A stretch of DNA of 64,000 bases from Polyangiaceae bacterium. Lineage in GTDB: Bacteria > Myxococcota_A > Polyangia > Polyangiales > Polyangiaceae. Each line of letters opens with the position of its first letter. The first letter of the stretch is position 1. The notes beneath the pieces are model-generated. The model saw only the letters and a program-made list of their open reading frames with translations. It was not told the origin of the DNA and did not search any database. The DNA is taken from the NCBI GenBank assembly GCA_044376115.1, contig JBILLK010000010.1, positions 32,001 to 96,000 of the forward strand, in the 5' to 3' direction. Of this stretch, positions 57,283 to 64,000 are shown piece by piece. The position numbers were made by a program, and so were the translations under genes.

Positions 57283-58977
57283 CTATCGGTAGGCGCCTCG
57301 GCGGGTCGCTCCGGCTAGCGCCGCACGCAACGCGGCGAGCGCCGCTAGCGCCTCAAGCAGCTCGCTCGGGTTCGTGACGACGGAGCTTCGTACCAGGCGC
57401 AATTGCGGCCCCTCGAGCGAGAGGCCGGGCCAACGAGACGCCGCCTCTTGGATGCGTGCCTGAGCCGTCGCTGCGTCCAACAGCTCTGCGCCCAGTGGCA
57501 TCGTAACGACCGTCTCCTGAGCCTCGCCGTCGTTGGACCAGGTCGTCTCGATTTCGACCTCCGTGTCGTCCCAGGCGAAGGAGCGCAACGAGAGACTGCC
57601 GACTTCAAGCCGTGCGCGGTGCACCGCGGCGAACTCCTGCCACGCCGGTAGCAGCGCGGCTGCACGGGCCGGCGGCGGAACGTCAGCGATCGTTCGGTCG
57701 AGGAGCCGAGCCAACTCGAGCACGTTGGTTGCGACCTCGAGCAACGTGTTGGTGCGCTGGGAACCGCGCGGGAAGCGGACGAGACAGGAGCTGTCATCGA
57801 CTTCGAACGACTCGAAACGGCTGAGCACTGCGACCAGTGCGGCGCCGCAGAACGGGGCGACTTGCGGTTCCTCGCGCGCCGAAACGAAGAGCCCCTCGAC
57901 CGGCGATTGCTTGAACAGCCGAAAGCCGTCGGTCCAATCCGACCTGCGCATACGCAGCTCAATCCCAAGTGAGGGCCACGAGAGTTTGCCCTCCAAACCG
58001 AACTCCCCCGTAACCCCACGCAACTCCACGCTCACGTTGCCGACGGTCTTGCTCAACAGCTGCGCGTTACCGCTGAAGGTCATGGCCAGTCTACTACCAA
58101 CCTCCGCCCAAACACGCAGCTGGCGCTCTTCACCGATGGGCGGCAGCGCGACGACGGGCGGCGCGCTCTGGAGCGTCGCCATCTCCACCGGGATCTGCAA
58201 GCGCAGCGGCGCACCACGCGAGAATTCGGCGCTCAACTCGAAGACCCAGTGAATGCGAGAGAGCGACAGCTCGAGACTCGGGACCTCATTGGCCGGGACA
58301 GCAACCGAAAACAGCAAGCGTCGACCGGCTTGTTCAGGCTGGCCCAAGGTCGCTTCGTAGCGCCTGAGGATCGCGGGGGAGCCGCCGACTGCACGGGTTG
58401 GCGTACTCATGATCAGTAGCCCTGCCCGCAACCGTTTGGGGACGAGCGAGATCGATACGGCGCCCTGAACTTCGCCGCCAAGCGCAAGTGCCCCCGGGTC
58501 GAGCGTGGCCTCCATGTATGGGTCTCCCTGCTTGGGCCCATCCGAATGCGTGGCAAAAACCTTTGCGCCGCGCGGGTTGGCCGGCACGAGTCTTGGACCG
58601 AACTGCAGCGCAAAGTTCTCCTCCAGTGTGAACCACCATGGGATTTCAACCCGGACGGTCAGTGTTGCGCTGACGCTCGTACTTCCCTCAAACGTGGGGG
58701 GCAGATTCCCTGGCAGATCGAAGAGGACCGAGATCCTTTTCGTACCTGGCTCGAGCACCTCCGCTCCGAAGGTGGCCTCGAGCCGAATGAGCTCAACGAC
58801 GACAGCGGACGACTCTTGCCCCGCCGCGACACGTCGCTCGCTGACCGCCAGCGTAACGACGATTCGCTTAACGGGAGTGCGACTCTTGCTCGTGAGGGCA
58901 AGCCACACTGTCAGCCTGTCACCTGCCCGCGGCACAGCAGGTGAGGTCTTCACATTGAGCTTGGGTTTGCGTCGCAC
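57283..58977 (-). CDS. Hypothetical protein with arrestin-N-like beta-sandwich domains
   Basis: FDLPGNLPPTF...VRVEIPWW and VPSL...IHW motifs. Confidence 0.6.
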   Translation of the reverse strand: MRRKPKLNVKTSPAVPRAGDRLTVWLALTSKSRTPVKRIVVTLAVSERRVAAGQESSAVVVELIRLEATFGAEVLEPGTKRISVLFDLPGNLPPTFEGSTSVSATLTVRVEIPWWFTLEENFALQFGPRLVPANPRGAKVFATHSDGPKQGDPYMEATLDPGALALGGEVQGAVSISLVPKRLRAGLLIMSTPTRAVGGSPAILRRYEATLGQPEQAGRRLLFSVAVPANEVPSLELSLSRIHWVFELSAEFSRGAPLRLQIPVEMATLQSAPPVVALPPIGEERQLRVWAEVGSRLAMTFSGNAQLLSKTVGNVSVELRGVTGEFGLEGKLSWPSLGIELRMRRSDWTDGFRLFKQSPVEGLFVSAREEPQVAPFCGAALVAVLSRFESFEVDDSSCLVRFPRGSQRTNTLLEVATNVLELARLLDRTIADVPPPARAAALLPAWQEFAAVHRARLEVGSLSLRSFAWDDTEVEIETTWSNDGEAQETVVTMPLGAELLDAATAQARIQEAASRWPGLSLEGPQLRLVRSSVVTNPSELLEALAALAALRAALAGATRRGAYR

Positions 58978-59009
58978 GTTGAGCTTTGTTCTGTATACTC
59001 TTCGCTCCC

Positions 59010-60413
59010 GTGAGTGACGACCACCTCAACCTACCGGCAGGCACGACGCTCGACGGCAAGTGGTGCATCGAGGGCCTGCTTGGAGCAGGCGGGATGGGCA
59101 CCGTATTCCGAGCACGCCACGTTCGAAATGGCCGTGAAGCGGCGATCAAAGTGCTTCACCCGATGGTCGCGGCAGACCCTTCGGCCAAGGAACGCTTTCT
59201 TCACGAAGGCTATGCGGCCAACCAAGTGGGGCACCCCGGTACCGTACAAGTCCTCGATGACGGCATTGCGCGCGAGGGCGCCTATCTCGTCATGGAGCTC
59301 CTCGAGGGTGCACCCGTTGACAAGCTCGCAGAGACCAACGGCGACGTTTTGCCGCTACCAGCGATGCTCTCGATCGTTGATGCGTCGCTTTCGGTGCTCG
59401 CGGCAGCTCACGAAAAGGGCATCATCCATCGGGACTTCAAGCCCGAGAACCTGTTTCTGACTTCGGACCGCCAGCTGAAGATGCTCGACTTCGGTCTTGC
59501 CCGCGTTCGCGAAACCACGACCGGGATGCGACTCACGGCGACGGGCGTGCCGATGGGCACACCAGCTTTCATGCCGCCCGAACAAGCTTTGGCGCATTGG
59601 GACGAAGTAGACGCGCGCAGCGACATCTATGCGGTGGGCGCTACGATGTGGACGCTCCTCACCGGCCAGCTCGTTCACGACGCGCGCACCGCCCCGGAGC
59701 TTTTGGTGATGGCTTCCACCAGGCAAGCCCCGTCGATCCTTACGAAGTATCCCTCGTTGCCTCCTGCAATTGCTGCGGTCGTCGACCGCGCGTTGGCGTT
59801 CAATCGGATGGCTCGCTACGCCAACGCCGGAGAGATGAAGCTCGCGTTGAGTCGAGCGGTCCACGAGTCGGGGATGACCTTCGCTCCGCTCGCCGCGGCT
59901 GAGCTCACCGGCCCCGCGACGCATGATCCGTCGGAGAACCCAACCACGCCGAAACAGCGAGCCGCTGCTGCTTTTCAGCCGACCGCAACGGTGGCGCCGA
60001 TCACCACGGATAGCCAGAGCGCACGCAAGAGCAAAGCTCAGGTCTACGTGATCATGGGCATCGCGGCGTTCGCTGGGGTTGCGGGCGGAGCAGGCTTCTT
60101 CTTCTTTGGCGCCGCTCGGAACAACTCCCCGACCACATCCACAACGCTCTCCGCCGACGAGACGCCACCGTCCACTTTGCGATCAGCTTCGACCTTGGAG
60201 GTGAGCGCTGCACCAAGTGGCGAACCAACGCCGACGGTCTCAGCGAGCGCCCAACCAACGGTGTCGGCGGTGGTTTCGGTCTCGCAACCAACCGCGAGCG
60301 CTGTAGTGCGCACGACGGCCGCGCCCAAGACGGCCACGCCCGTTGCCACGTCACAACCCACGGCTCCGCAGCCTCCGAAGAAGTGCGATCCGTTCAAAGA
60401 GTATTGCAAGTAA
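59010..60413 (+). CDS. Membrane-anchored Hanks-type Ser/Thr protein kinase
   Basis: GAGGMG, AAIK, HRDFKPEN, DFG, GTPAFMPPEQ, TM helix, CDPF-like tail. Confidence 0.95.
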   Translation: MSDDHLNLPAGTTLDGKWCIEGLLGAGGMGTVFRARHVRNGREAAIKVLHPMVAADPSAKERFLHEGYAANQVGHPGTVQVLDDGIAREGAYLVMELLEGAPVDKLAETNGDVLPLPAMLSIVDASLSVLAAAHEKGIIHRDFKPENLFLTSDRQLKMLDFGLARVRETTTGMRLTATGVPMGTPAFMPPEQALAHWDEVDARSDIYAVGATMWTLLTGQLVHDARTAPELLVMASTRQAPSILTKYPSLPPAIAAVVDRALAFNRMARYANAGEMKLALSRAVHESGMTFAPLAAAELTGPATHDPSENPTTPKQRAAAAFQPTATVAPITTDSQSARKSKAQVYVIMGIAAFAGVAGGAGFFFFGAARNNSPTTSTTLSADETPPSTLRSASTLEVSAAPSGEPTPTVSASAQPTVSAVVSVSQPTASAVVRTTAAPKTATPVATSQPTAPQPPKKCDPFKEYCK

Positions 60414-60454
60414 CGCCGGGCAATCGCGCGACCAAGGCCGCGTAGCTCTGCGCG

Positions 60455-61423
60455 TCAGAACTGCCCGAGCACTCGCAGTCCGGAGCTGCTGCCGTTGGAG
60501 AAGAAGGAGAGCGCTGCCTTCGCCCCGGGCGCACTCGGCGTTCCGTCATCGTCGGTAGCTTCCAACACGAAGAAGGTCACGGAGAGCCCGCTGGCGATGC
60601 CTGCAGCAACCCAGAGAACGGCGTTGGAGATATTGAGACCAGCGTCGGGCGCCTCAAGAGTGGAGTCATTGAGGCATTCACCGCACTTATCAAGCCAGAC
60701 TGCACTCGTTGCGGCGACACCACCCCACGCCGCAACACCGATGCCGAACGTGATCCACGCAGGCAACGCCCAGTCGGTGTCGTTGCTCGCTGGCACCGGC
60801 GTTGGGCCTGGGCCTGGCTTGGGGTCTGTCGTCTGCTGTGCGGCGCCGGCCAACAGCTCGACCGTCACAACCCCGCGCTCAACGGTCACTTCTTTTTCTT
60901 CGCGCTCGGCGCCCAACGTGGCGACTACGACGTGTTTGCCCACATCGACTGCGAATGGGGCTCCAGGATCTGCCGCTTCACCGTCGATGGTGATAGCCGC
61001 GCCGTTCGCTCGGGGACCTACTTGCACGACGATCTTCGGCAGCTTGTCGGCAATCGAAGAGGCACCACCCTGGGCCAGGATCTGCGCGGTTGAATCGCCC
61101 TGCGAGCGCGCGAGGTCTGCAGCTTGCTGCCAGGTCTTCAACGCCACTCGCATGCGCCCTCGCGCTTCCTCACAGCGCGCGAGGTTGAGCAAGGGACTCA
61201 GCGATTTCTCCGCGGCAAAGCTCTGCTCAAACTTGGAGCACGCCTCGGCGTAGAGCTTTTGATCGCCACTCGCCTTTGCCTTATCGAGCAGCTCCAGCCC
61301 TTCTTTGAACAGCCTTTCCCCATCACTTGCCTGAGCAGCAACGGGAAGAGCAACGATGGTTACGGCCACCAAAAGGAGGAACGGCAGCAAACGAAAGAAG
61401 GGGACCGACACGGGCGGAAGCAT
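60455..61423 (-). CDS. Myxobacterial TPR + PEGA-like exported protein
   Basis: Signal peptide, EACSKFEQS...LLNLARCEE TPR, ITIDG...VDVGKH PEGA-like segment, terminal GQF. Confidence 0.75.
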   Translation of the reverse strand: MLPPVSVPFFRLLPFLLLVAVTIVALPVAAQASDGERLFKEGLELLDKAKASGDQKLYAEACSKFEQSFAAEKSLSPLLNLARCEEARGRMRVALKTWQQAADLARSQGDSTAQILAQGGASSIADKLPKIVVQVGPRANGAAITIDGEAADPGAPFAVDVGKHVVVATLGAEREEKEVTVERGVVTVELLAGAAQQTTDPKPGPGPTPVPASNDTDWALPAWITFGIGVAAWGGVAATSAVWLDKCGECLNDSTLEAPDAGLNISNAVLWVAAGIASGLSVTFFVLEATDDDGTPSAPGAKAALSFFSNGSSSGLRVLGQF

Positions 61424-61543
61424 AGAAGCGCACAGCAACCGCCGTCCACACGACATTCAACCTAAGCTTGATCAAGCAATCAGAACTTCGAGAGAAACGG
61501 CCGAAGGCTCGCTAAGGCCCGTCGGTCCCGACTTGCCGCGAGT

Positions 61544-61565
61544 CATTCCGCCGAAGGTGGATGCA
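61544..61565. repeat. 22-bp intergenic hairpin repeat, copy 2
   Basis: cattccgccgaaggtggatgca; reverse complement of 41192-41213. Confidence 0.75.
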
Positions 61566-61649
61566 GCAAAACAGAACGAGCCGCGAGAACGCCGCCCTCG
61601 AGAGAGTGGACGGAGTCCCGCAGCGTCGCTTGGCACGAGCGCGTTGCGG

Positions 61650-62627
61650 TCAGGAGTTCGTGGGCGTCGGCGTGCTGGGCAGTGGCGTCGAGTCGACCTC
61701 TTGTGGCTCCCTAGGAGGCAAGGTCTGATCGTCCGTTGGACTCGACTCGAAGGCCACATCCTTGGCTTCTGCTGCCCCGCGAATCACGACGACTGGACGG
61801 TGCGATGAAGGAGCGTCCTCCGACACTTCAATGCGAATGGCGAGGGCGGTGATGTTGTCTTCTCCACCCAAGTCGTTGGCTCGCTCGACCAGGCGGGTGC
61901 AAAGCTCCTCCAACTGAGCCAAGCTCCGCTCCGGACCTGCATCCTCCGAGGGGAATGAAATGACCTCATCGAGAATGATCTCGTCGGCGAGCATGCCGGA
62001 GAGCCCGTCCGAGCAAAGCAAGTAGACGTCCCCCGGGTGACTCTCGTCGCTCGTGAGATCCACCACGACGTTGTCCTGCATGCCCAACGCGCGAGTGATG
62101 ACGTTCTTCGGCAGCTCGGCTCGCTCGGCGTCGGACAACTCAGGGAACGGCTCATTCGCCAAAGAATGATCGCGCGTTAGCTGCTCGATCTTGCCCCCGC
62201 GAATGCGATAGGCGCGGCTGTCACCAACGTGGCCCACGTACATGCGCTGGCGCTTCGACGAGAAGTGCGCCCCAACTACCGTCGTCCCCATACCGGCGAG
62301 CGAGCGCATCGACTGGCTCTGCTCGAAGATGCGACGGTTCGCGATACCGATGCTAGTGACCAGCCGATTCTCCTCATCGGAGAGCGATCGATCAAACTGC
62401 GAAGGCCATGTGACGTCCTCGCTCGAGAGCGTGCGGAAGAAATCAGCGATGGTGCTCGTTGCAAGTCGACTAGCGACATCCCCCGCCGAGTGACCGCCCA
62501 TCCCATCCGCCACCACGAACAGACCGTGGTCCAGATCGATGGCGTAGCTGTCTTCGTTGTGTTCACGTTGGCGGCCGACATCCGTCATTCCGGCAGCAAA
62601 CGCTCGCACCGAGATCGCGCGACGCAT
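61650..62627 (-). CDS. PP2C-family Ser/Thr phosphatase (Stp1-like)
   Basis: TDVGRQREHNED, VADGMGG, MGTT, HVGDSRAY, LTRDHS, LCSDGL, GGEDNIT. Confidence 0.95.
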   Translation of the reverse strand: MRRAISVRAFAAGMTDVGRQREHNEDSYAIDLDHGLFVVADGMGGHSAGDVASRLATSTIADFFRTLSSEDVTWPSQFDRSLSDEENRLVTSIGIANRRIFEQSQSMRSLAGMGTTVVGAHFSSKRQRMYVGHVGDSRAYRIRGGKIEQLTRDHSLANEPFPELSDAERAELPKNVITRALGMQDNVVVDLTSDESHPGDVYLLCSDGLSGMLADEIILDEVISFPSEDAGPERSLAQLEELCTRLVERANDLGGEDNITALAIRIEVSEDAPSSHRPVVVIRGAAEAKDVAFESSPTDDQTLPPREPQEVDSTPLPSTPTPTNS

Positions 62628-62734
62628 GCGATCGACGGTCCCACTATGTAGCTCTTCTGTCAAGGCGACCTTTCGGTGACGCAACTGCGCCCTTGGAAGC
62701 AAAATTCTTGCCGCGATAGACACTGACCGAAAGG

Positions 62735-63292
62735 TTAGACTTCCATCACGTCTTTTTCTTTACCCGCGATCACCGTTTCAACGGCTTTCACGAGTTCGGC
62801 GGTCGTGTCCTCAATCTTTTTCCGCCCGCGCTCGGCATCATCCCCGGGAACGTCGCCGTCTTTCTCGAGCTGGTCGATCATTTCCATCGCATCTCGGCGA
62901 TGCTTTCGGATGGCGACTTTGCACTCTTCGCCGTTCTTCTTGATCACCTTGACCATCTCTTTACGACGGTCTTCGGTGAGCGCAGGAATCGGTATGCGGA
63001 TGAGATCCCCATCGACCTGGGGATTGAGACCGAGGTCCCCCTCACGAATCGCCTTGTCGATCGCCTTGACCTGACCCTTGTCCCACGGTTTGACCGTAAT
63101 GAGCCGCGGCTCCGGCACGTTCACCGTAGCCATCTGCGCCAACGGGGTCGTCGTGCCGTAGTAGTCCACGCGAACGCCGTCCAACATCGACGGGTGCGCC
63201 CTTCCAGTTCGAACTTTGGCGAGGTCGCGACGCAACGCCTCCATGGCTTTGTCGGCTGAGCTTCGCAGGTCTGAAAACACGTCATCGAGCAT
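62735..63292 (-). CDS. frr: Ribosome recycling factor
   Basis: VRTGRAHP, VDYYG, LGLNP, PALTEDRRKE, KEKDVMEV. Confidence 0.97.
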   Translation of the reverse strand: MLDDVFSDLRSSADKAMEALRRDLAKVRTGRAHPSMLDGVRVDYYGTTTPLAQMATVNVPEPRLITVKPWDKGQVKAIDKAIREGDLGLNPQVDGDLIRIPIPALTEDRRKEMVKVIKKNGEECKVAIRKHRRDAMEMIDQLEKDGDVPGDDAERGRKKIEDTTAELVKAVETVIAGKEKDVMEV

Positions 63293-63369
63293 GGTCTTAA
63301 CCTCGGGCTGTGGGACCGCGCGGGAGCTTAACAGCACCTTTGGGTCGGAGCGAGGCTATCCTCTGCCGG

Positions 63370-64000
63370 ATGGAGGAGATCGATTACAAGAGCTTCACGG
63401 TCCTCGTGGTCGACGACGAGGAGGACAACCTCGACGCCTTCCGATTTTCTTTTCGAAAGACCTTCAACCTTTCTTACGCAAACGGTGGGGTTCAAGCGCT
63501 CGATCTGCTGGATCGGCTCGATGCAGCGGTGATCGTCAGCGACCAGCGAATGCCGAAGATGAACGGCATCGACTTCCTGCGAAAAGCCAAAGAGCGGCGG
63601 CCCGATGTTTTTGCGGTGCTGCTCACGGCCTACGCAGACCTTGCCGTGCTCGCTGAAGCGCTGAACTCCGGCTCGGTCGATCGTTACATCCAAAAGCCCT
63701 GGGATTCGAAGGAGCTGACCGCGATCATTCGGCAAGGCATTCGCAACTTCGCCACCTTGCGCGAGAACAAGCGCCTGCGAGAGCAACTTGCGCAGTACGC
63801 CGGGTATTTGGAACGCGAACAACGAGACCCAATCGACTACGGGGTGCTCGCCGGGGAAAGCGCCGCGATGCGACTCGTAGCCAAGCGCATGGAGCAGGTC
63901 GCTGATTCCTCAACGCCGGTGGTGATCGAGGCCGAGCCTGGCTCTGAGCAGGAGGTCGTCGCGCGGGCGCTACACGTTGGTTCGAGACGTGAGGAGCGCC
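63370..64000 (+). CDS. Receiver + sigma-54 activator-like protein (NtrC family), truncated by the window end
   Basis: Read directly from DNA: MEEIDYKSFTVLVVDDE...SDQRMP...LLTAY...KPW...GESAAM...PVVIEAEPGSEQEVVARALH. No stop codon before 64000. Confidence 0.85.
   Translation, partial: MEEIDYKSFTVLVVDDEEDNLDAFRFSFRKTFNLSYANGGVQALDLLDRLDAAVIVSDQRMPKMNGIDFLRKAKERRPDVFAVLLTAYADLAVLAEALNSGSVDRYIQKPWDSKELTAIIRQGIRNFATLRENKRLREQLAQYAGYLEREQRDPIDYGVLAGESAAMRLVAKRMEQVADSSTPVVIEAEPGSEQEVVARALHVGSRREER

Noticed and set aside
61488..61575. GAGAGA...CCGAAGG motifs resembling a glycine riboswitch
   Set aside because: On the strand opposite both flanking genes and lacking the CTCTCAGG element. Better explained by the hairpin repeat.
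1..64000. Prophage, transposase, integrase, tRNA or rRNA genes
   Set aside because: No recognisable motifs found by eye. A covariance-model search (tRNAscan-SE, Infernal/Rfam) would be needed to exclude small RNAs.

Overview
GC-rich 64-kb chromosomal segment, almost certainly from a myxobacterium (Polyangiaceae/Sorangiineae-like). This is inferred from TIGR02266-like and TIGR04563-like proteins, Gly-linker lipoproteins, and eukaryote-like Ser/Thr kinases with a PP2C phosphatase. About 55 CDS: ftsE-ftsX-envC, a peptidase/beta-propeller/Omp85-like outer-membrane protein, a LigD/Ku NHEJ locus, a vWA-HEAT-ankyrin cluster, lipid and glycerol genes (fabV, fabH, GDPD, glpD, frameshifted glpA plus glpB, acyl-CoA dehydrogenase), pilD, a fused aconitase-family dehydratase, a CtpA/ECF sigma/anti-sigma/kinase signalling block, and frr. 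No rRNA, tRNA, CRISPR array or transposase was recognised. The best candidate for a new system is at 39139-41135: a radical SAM/SPASM enzyme of the tyramine-excising 'splicease' type. It lies directly downstream of two paralogous small proteins, each with a CxxC...CxxC leader and a lipobox, which together carry five V-Y-G-P motifs. This suggests lipid-anchored, post-translationally spliced (alpha-keto-beta-amide) proteins. Other notable items are a microhomology-flanked frameshift in glpA, an AAC4-like lipoprotein, an orphan MoxR-type vWA cluster and a dispersed 22-bp intergenic hairpin repeat. All assignments come from motif recognition by eye; no searches were run.
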